The notes under the pieces were generated by a model. It was not told the DNA's origin. It made no database searches and saw only the letters and a program-made list of their open reading frames with translations. Both the position numbers and the translations under genes were made by a program. A DNA stretch of 32,000 nt from an uncultured Actinomycetes bacterium (lineage in GTDB: Bacteria > Actinomycetota > Actinomycetes > S36-B12 > CAIYMF01), in the NCBI GenBank assembly GCA_963843975.1, contig CAWJMG010000003.1:1170001-1202000 (forward strand). The letters are read 5' to 3'. Positions 15,391 through 24,240 of this stretch are shown in pieces. Numbering within the stretch: the first letter of the stretch is position 1; each line of letters begins with the position of its first letter.

Positions 15391-15415
15391 GTTTGAGCGG
15401 TCCACCACGGGGCAT
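15391..15415 (+). promoter_or_regulatory. SigF/SigB-type promoter candidate P7: (G)GTTT-N15-GGGCAT, upstream of the GAF-PP2C phosphatase gene
   Basis: Plus strand reads GTTTGAGCGGTCCACCACGGGGCAT. It lies about 67 nt before GTG 15483. Confidence 0.6.
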
Positions 15416-15482
15416 ACCGGTGGTACGCGTACGGCCTCGACCTCGGAGCCGCCGCCGCGTCGACCGCGAGGGGGTGGTTGCA

Positions 15483-17261
15483 GTGCCGCTCGACAGCGCC
15501 ACCGACGCCCTCATCGCGCTGGCGGCCGACCTCGCCGGCGCGACCGACACGACAGCGGTCGTCGACGTCATGACCGCGCAGTGCCCGCCCCTCCTGGGGG
15601 CAAGCATGGTCACCGTCTCCCTCGTCGAGGAGGACGGGCAGACGCTGAGGCTCGTCGCGTCGGTCAACACGCCCACCCCCGTCGTGCTGGCGTTCGACAC
15701 GTACGAGACCGGGCTGCACCTTCCCGCCGGCGACGCCCTCCGTTCCGGCGAGCCGGTCGTCGTGCACACCGTGCAGGAGCTCCACGCGCGCTACCCGTCG
15801 CTGGCCGACGTCGACCTCGAGCACTCGGCGCTGGCCGTTCTGCCCCTCGAGCACGACAGCACACCGCTCGGCGTCCTCGGCCTCGGCTGGTGCGACACCG
15901 ACGAGATGACCCCCGACGTCCTCGCGATGGCGGGATCGGTCACCATGCTCTGCTCGGCCGCGCTGCGCCGCGTGATCGCCGCCGAGCACCCTGGTCGCGA
16001 GCGCAGCCGCGCCGAAGCAGCGCTCGCCAGTCTTCGCTCGTTGCAGGCCGTCGCCGCCGAGCTCGCCCACACGGTCGACCTCTCACAGGCCGGCGCCGTG
16101 GTGCTCGAGCACGCCGTGACAGCGCTGGGCGCGGAGGCCGGCGCGCTCAACGTGCTCGACGAGGACGGCGTCGAGTGCACGCAGATCGCCACGGTCGGCA
16201 TGAGCGGCTCGCCCGTCTCCGACTGGTCGACCTGGCAGGTGCGCGACTCGTCCCTCGCACGCGAGCTGGTCCGCACCGGGCTGCCGATCCTCATCACCGA
16301 CGCCATGAACCAGCGCGAGCGGTTCCCCGATCTCGACGTCCACGAGCTGCCGCAGCAGGCGTGGGCCAACCTGCTGCTGGTGTCCGGCTGCCGCAACCTC
16401 GGGATCGTGTCGATCGGATGGCGCGAGCCGCGCGAGTTCGGCAGTGAGGACGTGTCGTTGCTGCAGACGCTCGCCGACCACCTGGCCGCGGCCCTGGACC
16501 GCAACCGCCTCATGTCCTCGAACGACGCCCTGCTCACCGAGAGCACCCGCGTGGCGGAGACACTGCAGCGCTCGCTCATGCCCGGGCCGCTGCCCGAGTG
16601 GCCGGGGGTCGACCTGGCCGCGGGGCTGCAGCCCGCGGAGACCGGCACGGAGGTCTGCGGCGACTTCTACGACGCCTTCCCGGCTCTGGACGGCTCGCTG
16701 GTCGTCGTGATCGGCGACGTCGCCGGGCGCGGTGTGACCGCCGCAGGGCTCACCGGCATGGTGCGGCACACGCTGCGGGCGCTCGCCCGCGACATGCCGC
16801 CGGCCGAGGCCCTGAGCCGGCTCAACCGGGCGCTGGTCGAGGGCGCCTGGGCAGACGAGCCCCGACTGCTCACAGCGGCGATGCTGCGGCTCACGCGCCG
16901 CGAGGAGGGGCTGCACGTGGAGATCTCGCTCGCGGGGCACTGCCTGCCCGTGGTGGTGCGCGACCACGTCGCCGCGCACGTCGGCGACCCGGGCATGCTC
17001 CTCGGCGCGTTCGCCGACGTGCGGATCGGGACGGCGTCCGTCGACCTCTCCCCCGGCGACGTGCTGCTGCTGCACACGGACGGCGTCACCGAGGCGCGCA
17101 GGCACGGCATCGAGTTCGGCGAGGCGCGGCTGCTCAAGATGCTCGGCGCGCTCGCCGACCCGCGCCCCGCGGACACCGTGGAGCACGTGCTCGGGTCGGT
17201 CGACTGGTACCGCACGACCGCACCGGACGACATGGCCGTGCTCGTTCTGCGCGCGACCTAG
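15483..17261 (+). CDS. GAF-GAF-PP2C (SpoIIE-type) serine phosphatase, RsbU/RsbP-like partner-switching input
   Basis: About 592 aa from GTG 15483 (GAGGGGG RBS). There are two GAF-like N-terminal regions. The C-terminal 'EVCGDFYDAF...VVIGDVAGRGVTAAGLTGMVRHTLRA...LLLHTDGVTEA' matches PP2C/SpoIIE motifs. Confidence 0.85.
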   Translation: MPLDSATDALIALAADLAGATDTTAVVDVMTAQCPPLLGASMVTVSLVEEDGQTLRLVASVNTPTPVVLAFDTYETGLHLPAGDALRSGEPVVVHTVQELHARYPSLADVDLEHSALAVLPLEHDSTPLGVLGLGWCDTDEMTPDVLAMAGSVTMLCSAALRRVIAAEHPGRERSRAEAALASLRSLQAVAAELAHTVDLSQAGAVVLEHAVTALGAEAGALNVLDEDGVECTQIATVGMSGSPVSDWSTWQVRDSSLARELVRTGLPILITDAMNQRERFPDLDVHELPQQAWANLLLVSGCRNLGIVSIGWREPREFGSEDVSLLQTLADHLAAALDRNRLMSSNDALLTESTRVAETLQRSLMPGPLPEWPGVDLAAGLQPAETGTEVCGDFYDAFPALDGSLVVVIGDVAGRGVTAAGLTGMVRHTLRALARDMPPAEALSRLNRALVEGAWADEPRLLTAAMLRLTRREEGLHVEISLAGHCLPVVVRDHVAAHVGDPGMLLGAFADVRIGTASVDLSPGDVLLLHTDGVTEARRHGIEFGEARLLKMLGALADPRPADTVEHVLGSVDWYRTTAPDDMAVLVLRAT

Positions 17262-18163
17262 GTCCCCGAGCGGCCCTCGTGGGCGGCGAGCTCCAGAGCC
17301 TCCGCCAGAGTCCGCTGCGCGAGACCTCCGCCCTCCACCTGAGCCCACGTCACCGGTGTCGCCGCCGTGGGGCTCTCCCTGCCGCGCAGGGACCACGGCA
17401 CGATCGTCGTCTTGGCGGGATTGTTCTGGCTCCAGTCGACCAGCACCCTGCCGGGTCGCAGCTCACGCGCCTGCCGGGTCACGACCAGGTCGGGCAAGCC
17501 CACCTCGAGAGCGCGGGCGAGGGTGTGCGCGTAGTCCGACACCGACCCCACGCGTGCCACCGCCTCGGACGCATCGCCGGGCGTGAGGTCGGCGTACAGC
17601 TGCAGCCCCTTCGAGCCGCTGGTCACCGCGCGGGCGACGAGGCCGTCAGCTGCCAGCAGGTCGCGAGCGGCGATGGCCACCTCGGCGCAGGCGTCCAGAC
17701 CTGCGGGCGCGCCGGGGTCGAGATCCACCACGAGCCGGTCGGGAAGCAGCGGCTCGCCCGTGGCCCTGTCGGCCCGCCACTGGGGCGCGTGGAGCTCGAG
17801 GGCGCCGGACTGCGCCAGCCAGACCAGCACGGCCTCGTCGTCGACCAGCGGGTAGTCGAGGTCCCGCGGAGGACGACCCGACCGCTCCCCCGTGTGGTGC
17901 TGCGTCATGCGCGGCACCCACTCGGGGGTGCCGCGCGGAAGGTTCTTCTCGATGAACGGCTCATGGTCGACGCCGTCCGGCCATCGCTTGCGCGTGACCG
18001 GACGGTCGCGCAGCTCGGGGAGGATCCGCGGCGCGACGCCGAGGTAGTACTGCAGCACGTCGGCCTTGGTGGTGCCGGTGCTCGGGTAGAGCACCTTGTC
18101 GAGGTTCGTCACGCGGACCTCGCGCCCGGCGACCGTCACCGAGCCGCCCGCCGACGCGCTCAT
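17258..18163 (-). CDS. Stand-alone LigD polymerase/primase domain protein (NHEJ PolDom)
   Basis: 301 aa. 'VRVTNLDKVLYPSTGTTKADVLQYYLGVAPRILPELRDRPVTRKRWPDGV' is the typical LigD-Pol N-terminus. Its stop shares a CTAG with the convergent phosphatase stop. Confidence 0.85.
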   Translation of the reverse strand: MSASAGGSVTVAGREVRVTNLDKVLYPSTGTTKADVLQYYLGVAPRILPELRDRPVTRKRWPDGVDHEPFIEKNLPRGTPEWVPRMTQHHTGERSGRPPRDLDYPLVDDEAVLVWLAQSGALELHAPQWRADRATGEPLLPDRLVVDLDPGAPAGLDACAEVAIAARDLLAADGLVARAVTSGSKGLQLYADLTPGDASEAVARVGSVSDYAHTLARALEVGLPDLVVTRQARELRPGRVLVDWSQNNPAKTTIVPWSLRGRESPTAATPVTWAQVEGGGLAQRTLAEALELAAHEGRSGT

Positions 18164-18189
18164 GCCGCGGCACCGGTGCTGCCGGGCCA

Positions 18190-18215
18190 GGTTTGGTGCT
18201 CGTGGTTCACGGGAA
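18190..18215 (+). promoter_or_regulatory. SigF/SigB-type promoter candidate P8: (G)GTTT-N16-GGGAAT, upstream of ku
   Basis: Plus strand reads GTTTGGTGCTCGTGGTTCACGGGAAT. The -10 element ends 40 nt before ATG 18256. Confidence 0.6.
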
Positions 18216-18255
18216 TCTCCCTCGTTGGTGTCCTGACGGTGCGAGGAGAGCGGCC

Positions 18256-19302
18256 ATGCAGTCGATGTGGAAGGGGTCCGTCTCGTTCGGGCTCGTCAAC
18301 GTACCGGTGAAGCTGCACGCCGCGACCGAGGATCACGACGTCCGCTTCCACCAGGTGCACGCCGCAGACGGAGGCCGCGTGAAGATGGTGCGCACCTGCT
18401 CGGTCGACGGCCAGCCGGTCGCGTACGACGAGCTCGCCAAGGCGTACGAGACGCCGGGCGGCGAGCTGGTGGTCATGGACGACCGCGACTTCGACAGCCT
18501 TCCCGTGCGCGGCAAGCGCGAGATCGACGTGCTGGAGTTCGTCCCGTCCGACCAGGTCGACCCTGTCCTCTTCGACCGCAGCTACTACCTGGAGCCCGAG
18601 CCGCGCGCCCTCAAGCCGTACGTGCTGCTGCGCGAGGCTCTGCGGACCACCGAGCGCACGGCCCTCGTCCGCGTCGTGCTGCGGCAGAAGTCCCAGCTGG
18701 CGGCGCTGCGGGTCCGCGACGACGTCATCCTCCTGCAGACCATGCTCTGGCCGGACGAGGTGCGCAGCCCGACCTTCGGCGTGCTGGACGCCGATGCCGA
18801 GATCCGCCCGCAGGAGCTCGCGATGGCGTCGTCCCTGATCGACAGCCTGGCCGGCGACTTCGACCCCGATCGCTTCCACGACGAGTACCGCGAGGCGCTG
18901 CTCGAGGTGATCGACCGCAAGCTCGCCGGCGGTGGCGGCGTGCCCTCGGAGGTCGCAGCCGCGGGCGAGGACGACGGCGACGCGATCGTCGTGGACCTGA
19001 TGGCAGCGCTGCGCGAATCGGTCAAGCGCAGCGGGCGCACCGACGCTGCAGCAGAGCGGCGCCCATCGCCGACCGCCAGACCCGTCAAGGACGCGGCTCC
19101 GAAGAAGAAGGCCGGTCAGCGGACGGCCGCTGCGGCAGAGCCGGCGAAGCGAGCCAGCACGGCGACCCGCGCGAGCGCGGCGAAGAAGACCAGCCGGTCC
19201 ACCACGTCCACGAAGGCCGCAGGTGCCTCCGCAGGGGCCAAGCGCTCGACCACGAAGAAGGCGGCGGCGTCGGCCAAGCAGAGCAAGCGCCGCAGCGCCT
19301 GA
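18256..19302 (+). CDS. ku: Ku protein (NHEJ DNA end-binding) with Lys/Ala-rich basic C-terminal tail
   Basis: 348 aa from ATG 18256 (GAGGAGAG RBS). MQSMWKGSVSFGLVNVPVKLHAATEDHDVRFHQVH is the canonical bacterial Ku N-terminus. The tail is rich in KKK/AKR repeats. Confidence 0.9.
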   Translation: MQSMWKGSVSFGLVNVPVKLHAATEDHDVRFHQVHAADGGRVKMVRTCSVDGQPVAYDELAKAYETPGGELVVMDDRDFDSLPVRGKREIDVLEFVPSDQVDPVLFDRSYYLEPEPRALKPYVLLREALRTTERTALVRVVLRQKSQLAALRVRDDVILLQTMLWPDEVRSPTFGVLDADAEIRPQELAMASSLIDSLAGDFDPDRFHDEYREALLEVIDRKLAGGGGVPSEVAAAGEDDGDAIVVDLMAALRESVKRSGRTDAAAERRPSPTARPVKDAAPKKKAGQRTAAAAEPAKRASTATRASAAKKTSRSTTSTKAAGASAGAKRSTTKKAAASAKQSKRRSA

Positions 19303-19441
19303 CCCGGCGGCTGCGTCTCCCACCTCGACCTCCCGGACCGGATGTGGCGCCCGGGACGGGAGGGGGGTCTCGCCCCGGGCACCCTGGGGTTACCCGGCGC
19401 CCAGGCCGCGAAACCCGGTGAGCAGCCGAGTCCGCCGTCGG

Positions 19442-21556
19442 TCAGGAGGGCTGCTGGTGGGCCACGAACGGCGTCACGCTGCGCGCGCCCGCCTCGCGGA
19501 GCAGGGCACCGGCGAGGGTCGCCGTCCAGCCGCTGCGCCAGGTCTCGTCGACCAGGAGCACGGGACCCTCGGGCACGGCGGCACCGGGAACGAGCGAGAT
19601 GCGCGCCGCCTGCGCGCACGCCCGGGCCGCGGGTGACAGGTCGGGCCGCGGAGGCGGACCGGCCAGCGAGACCGCTTGTACGAGCGGCACGCCGATCCCC
19701 TGCGCGATCGTCGAGGCGAGCGACTGCACGAGTCTCGGGTGCCGGGTGCTCGGGATCGGCACGACGGCCTCGAGCCGCTGCGGGAGCGAGGGCAGCCAGC
19801 GGCCGAACGCACGCTGGAGCGCGGCCAGCAGCCAGTCGGGGGCAGGCCCGTCGGGTGCCGATGGCCCGGTGACCGTGGCCATGAGCTCCCAGGCGGGGTC
19901 GTCGGCGAAGGCCAGCGCGCGGCCGGGCGCCAGGGCGAGCGACGGCGCGATCCGCCCACGCCACTGCGATCTGCCGCTCGCGGCATCGATCCCCGAGGTG
20001 AACATCTTGCGCGGCTCGAGCGGCACGACGAGGTCGCGCAGCCAGGCCCGGGCGGCCTCGCGCGACTCGGGGTCGCTGGTGGCGGGCAGCCCGGCGGGCA
20101 ACGAGCCGGTGCAGACCGAGCAGCGGCCGCACCGCTCCCCCGGTGTCGTCGGGTCGTCGAGCGAGCGACGCAGCAGCACCTCGAGGCAGTCGCCGCCGCG
20201 CACGTACTCGCGCATGATGTCCGACTCGCGCCGGCGCACAGCGACGAGCGCGTCGTACTTCTCGTGGTCGTAGGACCACTCCTGCCCGGTAGCGGCCCAC
20301 GACGTTCCCTCGCGCGCTACCGCGCCGTCGACGGCCAGCACCTTCACGAGCAGCTCGACGCGGGTGCGACGTACGCCGGTCGCCGCCTCGAGCGCGGGCA
20401 CGCTCATCGGCCCCTGCTCGCGGAGCGCGCCGAGCACGGCAGCGGCCTCGTCGGGCTTCGGCACGCTCGCGGTGGCGAACCACTCCCACAGCCGCTCGTC
20501 GGAGTCGCCCGGCAGCAGCACCACGCTCGCCTCGGGCAGCGCACGGCCGGCACGCCCGACCTGCTGGTAGTAGTCGACGGGCGACGACGGCGACCCCACA
20601 TGGATGCAGAAGGCGAGGTCGGGCTTGTCGTAGCCCATGCCGAGCGCCGAGGTCGCGACCACGGCCTTGAGCTCGTTGGCCTTCAGCGCTGCCTCGATGC
20701 GCGCGCGGTCGGCGGTCTCGGTCTTGCCGGAGTACGCCGCCACCGCGTGCCCGCGCTCGGCGAGGAAGCCCGCGAGCCGGTCGGCGTCGGCGACGGTGAG
20801 GCAGTAGACGATCCCCGAGCCGGGCAGCAGGCGGAGCGCCTGGTCGGTCCAGGCATACCGGTCGAGCGAGCTGAGCCCGGGCAGCACGCCGAGGTGCAGC
20901 GACTCGCGCGCGAGCCGGCCGCGCTGCACGAAGGTGTTGTCGCCCAGCTGCTGCGCGACGTCGGCCGTCACACGGGAGTTGGCGGTGGCGGTGGTGGCCA
21001 GCACCGGGAGCTCGGGATTGGCGAGCAGAAGCCCGGCGATCCGCTGGTAGTCGGGCCGGAAGTCGTGTCCCCACGAGGAGATGCAGTGCGCCTCGTCGAT
21101 CACGAGCAGGCCGAGGCGCGGGAGCAGGACGTCGAGCACGGTGGCGGAGAAGCGCGGGTTGGCGAGGCGCTCGGGCGACACGAGGAGAACGTCGACGTCG
21201 CCCGCCATGAGCGCGCGCTCGACGTCCGGCCAGTCGTCGAGGTTGCCGGAGTTGAGCGTCGCCGCGGTGAGCCCGGCGCGCTGCGCCGCCGCGACCTGGT
21301 CGCCCATCAGCGACAGCAGCGGCGACACGACGAGCACGGGGCCTCCACCGGCGTCGCGCACGGCTCGGGCCGCGATCCAGTAGACGGCCGACTTGCCCCA
21401 CCCCGTGGCCTGGACGACGAGGGCGCGACGTCGCTCCAGCACGAGCGCCGCCACCGCCGCGCGCTGGTCGTCGCGCACGACGGCTTCCGGCCCCGCGAGC
21501 GCGGTGATGACGCGGGTGGCCGCGGCGTCGAGCAGCTCGGGCGTCACGACGGTCAT
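19442..21556 (-). CDS. RecQ-family (RqlH-like) ATP-dependent DNA helicase with Cys-cluster and C-terminal ComF/PRTase-like domain
   Basis: 704 aa from ATG 21556. Walker A ATGWGKS, DEAH box (VIDEAHCISSWGHDFRPDY), TATA motif and QQVGRAGR. Cys cluster CGRCSVC. The C-terminus 'VVPIPSTRHPR...GPVLLVDETWRSGWTATLAGALLREAGA' resembles the ComF/type-I PRTase fold. The remaining 449 aa of track ORF 19442-22903 are non-coding read-through. Confidence 0.85.
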   Translation of the reverse strand: MTVVTPELLDAAATRVITALAGPEAVVRDDQRAAVAALVLERRRALVVQATGWGKSAVYWIAARAVRDAGGGPVLVVSPLLSLMGDQVAAAQRAGLTAATLNSGNLDDWPDVERALMAGDVDVLLVSPERLANPRFSATVLDVLLPRLGLLVIDEAHCISSWGHDFRPDYQRIAGLLLANPELPVLATTATANSRVTADVAQQLGDNTFVQRGRLARESLHLGVLPGLSSLDRYAWTDQALRLLPGSGIVYCLTVADADRLAGFLAERGHAVAAYSGKTETADRARIEAALKANELKAVVATSALGMGYDKPDLAFCIHVGSPSSPVDYYQQVGRAGRALPEASVVLLPGDSDERLWEWFATASVPKPDEAAAVLGALREQGPMSVPALEAATGVRRTRVELLVKVLAVDGAVAREGTSWAATGQEWSYDHEKYDALVAVRRRESDIMREYVRGGDCLEVLLRRSLDDPTTPGERCGRCSVCTGSLPAGLPATSDPESREAARAWLRDLVVPLEPRKMFTSGIDAASGRSQWRGRIAPSLALAPGRALAFADDPAWELMATVTGPSAPDGPAPDWLLAALQRAFGRWLPSLPQRLEAVVPIPSTRHPRLVQSLASTIAQGIGVPLVQAVSLAGPPPRPDLSPAARACAQAARISLVPGAAVPEGPVLLVDETWRSGWTATLAGALLREAGARSVTPFVAHQQPS

Positions 21557-22407
21557 GCGGACGCCTGGTCGATGGAGCCGACGAGTGCGGCGAGGGCGGC
21601 ACCCAGCCGCGCCACCTCGGCCGGGATCGGAGCGCCGTCGGGGTCGAGGTACTGGTCGCGCCGGATCTCGACCATGACCGACGAGACCCGTTCGTCGGTG
21701 CCGAAGTGGCGCAGCGGCACGTAGGTGCCCGCGAAGGGCTGGTCGACCGCGACCTCCCACGCCGCGAACGCCTCGATCGCGTTGCGCCGCAGCCACTCGG
21801 GGCTGTGCCGGCCGTCGAACCCGAGGCAGACGGCCGGGCGGGCGGCGTGCGGGTGCCGCTCGTAGGGCAGGAGGTCGCGCGGGTAGGAGTGGACGTCGAG
21901 GATCACCGCCCGGCCGTGCGCCTCGAGGCGGGCCGACACGAGATCGGCGAGCGAGGCGGCGTACGGCTCGAAGTAGCGCGCGAGGAGGTCGGCCCGGTGC
22001 GTGGGGTCTGGCTCGCGCAGACGGGCGAGGTGCGACGTGGCGGTGTACACGGCGCCCATGCCGATCGCGTTCATCTCCTCCTCGTCGGGATCGGTGAAGC
22101 GCTCCGGGTCGATGACGAGGCGCGACAGCCGGTTGACGAACGACCAGGGCCGCACCGACGTGACCGCCGCCGCGTGCTCGGCGATGCGGTCGGTGGCGGC
22201 GTCGGTCATCGCGCGCAGCTCGGCGGTCAGCGCGGCGTCGTCCAGCAGGATCCGCGCCCGGACGTCGTCCGGGATCGCGGTGGCCGAGTGCGGCACGTGC
22301 AGAACGACCCACGACGACGGGTCGCCGGCGACGACGTCGAACGAGGACAGCTGCGGGTGCGTCACGGGGACGACCGTAGGCGACACGTCCGACGACTGCG
22401 CAGCCAC
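21553..22407 (-). CDS. N-formylglutamate amidohydrolase (FGase) family protein
   Basis: 284 aa, GTG start. 'VVLHVPHSATAIPDD' and 'ILDVHSYP' are the characteristic FGase-family motifs. Its stop overlaps the helicase start (ATGA at 21553-21556). Confidence 0.8.
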   Translation of the reverse strand: MAAQSSDVSPTVVPVTHPQLSSFDVVAGDPSSWVVLHVPHSATAIPDDVRARILLDDAALTAELRAMTDAATDRIAEHAAAVTSVRPWSFVNRLSRLVIDPERFTDPDEEEMNAIGMGAVYTATSHLARLREPDPTHRADLLARYFEPYAASLADLVSARLEAHGRAVILDVHSYPRDLLPYERHPHAARPAVCLGFDGRHSPEWLRRNAIEAFAAWEVAVDQPFAGTYVPLRHFGTDERVSSVMVEIRRDQYLDPDGAPIPAEVARLGAALAALVGSIDQASA

Positions 22408-22453
22408 GTGGCGCGGCGCACGGCGACCTCCCCGGATCTACCATGACAACGAT

Positions 22454-22478
22454 GTTTGACCGTCCGTGCGCAGGGTAC
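22454..22478 (+). promoter_or_regulatory. SigF/SigB-type promoter candidate P9: GTTT-N15-GGGTAC, upstream of the second RsbW-like/STAS pair
   Basis: Plus strand reads GTTTGACCGTCCGTGCGCAGGGTAC. It overlaps the track-predicted start at 22466, which argues that the real start lies further downstream. Confidence 0.65.
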
Positions 22479-22507
22479 TGGGATCCCATCAGGTGCGCTC
22501 GAGCGAT

Positions 22508-22954
22508 GTGACCAGCCGAAGGACCGTTGTGACGCAGAGGCGGCAGCCCTCCGCCACCGACCGTGGTCGGGTGGCGATGACCCTCGCCCTCGACGAGGTC
22601 GGGCGGGCGGGGTGGCGGTCGGAGATGCGGAGCGCGCTCGTCGGTGCCAGGTCTCCGGACATCGTCGAGGACGCCATCCTGGTAGCAGGCGAGCTCGTGG
22701 CCAACGCCGTGGAGCACGGTCTGCCGCCGGCATCGCTCGAGCTCGCAGCAGAGCCTGGTGGCCCGGTGCTCGTGAGCGTGCACGATCACGGCGCTCCTGT
22801 GCCCCTGGCCCCGGTGGCGTTCTCGCACGAAGCGGTGCGCGGACGCGGACTGCTGATCGTCGACTCGCTCAGCAGCGAGTGGGGCGTGCGCGAGACCGAG
22901 CACGGCAAGGCAGTGTGGGCCCGCGTGGCTCAGCAGGACGGGACAGGATCATGA
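22508..22954 (+). CDS. RsbW-type anti-sigma factor / HATPase_c serine kinase (second paralogue)
   Basis: N-box GELVANAVEHG, 'VHDHGAP' and 'RGRGLLIVDSLSSEWG'. The start is uncertain: GTG 22508 or ATG 22577. 22466 is rejected because it lies inside the promoter motif. Confidence 0.7.
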   Translation: MTSRRTVVTQRRQPSATDRGRVAMTLALDEVGRAGWRSEMRSALVGARSPDIVEDAILVAGELVANAVEHGLPPASLELAAEPGGPVLVSVHDHGAPVPLAPVAFSHEAVRGRGLLIVDSLSSEWGVRETEHGKAVWARVAQQDGTGS

Positions 22955-23295
22955 CGACCAACGAAAGGCATACGCCCATGGGAACCGCACCGGTCGTGAT
23001 CACGCTCGAGGGCGAGTACGACATCGCGAACGCACCCGAGCTGCTCGAGATCCTCACCGGCAGCGGCCAGGAGGCGACTGTCGTCGCCGACCTCACCGGG
23101 GTCACGTTCCTCGACTCCGCGGCGCTGTCTCAGCTCGTCCGCGCCAACTCCCAGCTGTCCGAGGGCGGCGGATCGCTGACCCTCGTGCTGCCGAGCAGCG
23201 GCCCGGTGGCGCGGGTCATGTCGATCACCCAGCTCGACTCGGCGCTCACCACGACCCGCTCGCTCGAGCAGGCCGTGGCGGACCTCGGCGCCTGA
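22951..23295 (+). CDS. STAS-domain anti-sigma-factor antagonist (second paralogue)
   Basis: 114 aa. ATGA overlap with the preceding kinase gene. 'VVADLTGVTFLDSAALSQLVRAN' is the STAS phospho-site region. Confidence 0.85.
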   Translation: MTTNERHTPMGTAPVVITLEGEYDIANAPELLEILTGSGQEATVVADLTGVTFLDSAALSQLVRANSQLSEGGGSLTLVLPSSGPVARVMSITQLDSALTTTRSLEQAVADLGA

Positions 23296-23361
23296 CGCCG
23301 GCCGCAGCCGCCGGTCGACGCCGGTCGACGCGGGGGCGGCGTACCGCCGGTCAGTGAACGG

Positions 23362-24240
23362 CTAGTCCTCGAGAAGGCCCTCCCGGAGCACGGCGAGCGA
23401 CTTGGCGAGCAGGCGAGACACGTGCATCTGCGAGATGCCGACCTCCTCGGAGATCTGCGTCTGCGTCATGCCGTGGAAGAACCGCAGCACCAGGATCCGT
23501 CGCTCGCGCGCCGGCAGCTGGGCGAGCAGCGGGCGCAGCGACTCGCGGTACTCGATGGTCTCGATCTGCGGATCGTCGGCGCCCATGAGGTCGACGAGCG
23601 AGGTGGAGTCGTCGGACGAGCCGACGTGCGCATCGAGGCTCGTGTAGCTGTAGGCCTGGGCGCCCTCGAGACCCTCGAGCACCTCCTCCTCGCTGATGCC
23701 GAGGTGCTGGGCGAGCTCGGCCACGGTCGGCGAGCTGCCCGTGCGCTGCGACAGCTCGGCCGTGGCCTGCCCCAGCGTCATGCGCAGCTCCTGCAGCCGG
23801 CGGGGCACCCGGATCGCCCAGCCCTTGTCGCGGAAGTGCCGCTTGATCTCCCCGACGACCGTGGGCGTCGCGTACGTCGCCAGCTCGACCCCGCGCTCGG
23901 GCTCGAACCTGTCGACTGCCTTGAGCAGGCCGATCATCCCGACCTGGGTGAGGTCCTCCACCGGCTCGCCGCGGTCGCGGAACCGGCGGGCGAGGTACTG
24001 AACCAGGGGGATGTGCAGGGTGACGAGCTCGCTGCGTGCGCGCTGGTGCTCGGCGGAGTCGACGTCGGACGACGCGAGCACCTCGAGGAGGTCGCGCTCG
24101 CGCGCCCGGTGCGCGTCGGACCAGCCTCGCGGCAGCACGACGTCGGGCCCGGAGTCCTGACCGGGCTCGACGTCGGGGGCGCCGTCGGGCGCGGCTCCGC
24201 CCGTCGACGGCGGTTCGGCGTGAGCCGTGGGAGGCGTCAC
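23362..24240 (-). CDS. SigB/SigF/SigG-family (group 3) RNA polymerase sigma factor, SigF-like
   Basis: 292 aa from GTG 24240 (GTGA overlap with the anti-sigma stop). Region 2 'DLTQVGMIGLLKAVDRFEPERGVELATYATPTVVGEIKRHFRDKGWAIRVPRRLQE'. Region 4 'RRILVLRFFHGMTQTQISEEVGISQMHVSRLL'. Confidence 0.9.
   Translation of the reverse strand: MTPPTAHAEPPSTGGAAPDGAPDVEPGQDSGPDVVLPRGWSDAHRARERDLLEVLASSDVDSAEHQRARSELVTLHIPLVQYLARRFRDRGEPVEDLTQVGMIGLLKAVDRFEPERGVELATYATPTVVGEIKRHFRDKGWAIRVPRRLQELRMTLGQATAELSQRTGSSPTVAELAQHLGISEEEVLEGLEGAQAYSYTSLDAHVGSSDDSTSLVDLMGADDPQIETIEYRESLRPLLAQLPARERRILVLRFFHGMTQTQISEEVGISQMHVSRLLAKSLAVLREGLLED

Noticed and set aside
22466-22507. The track-predicted GTG start at 22466 for the second RsbW-like gene.
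   Set aside because: It lies inside the GTTT-N15-GGGTAC promoter motif (22454-22478), upstream of any plausible TSS, and it has no RBS.
19442-22903. Single 1153-aa ORF in the track.
   Set aside because: Only the C-terminal 704 aa (from ATG 21556) are helicase-like. The N-terminal 449 aa are Arg/Pro-rich and overlap the well-supported FGase gene, which lies in another frame. This is read-through of an open frame, not a fusion protein.
23311-23330. Tandem duplication CCGGTCGACG x2 between the convergent STAS and sigma genes.
   Set aside because: It has only two copies of 10 bp. It can form at most a 6-bp GTCGAC hairpin. At best it is a weak bidirectional terminator and it is not distinctive.
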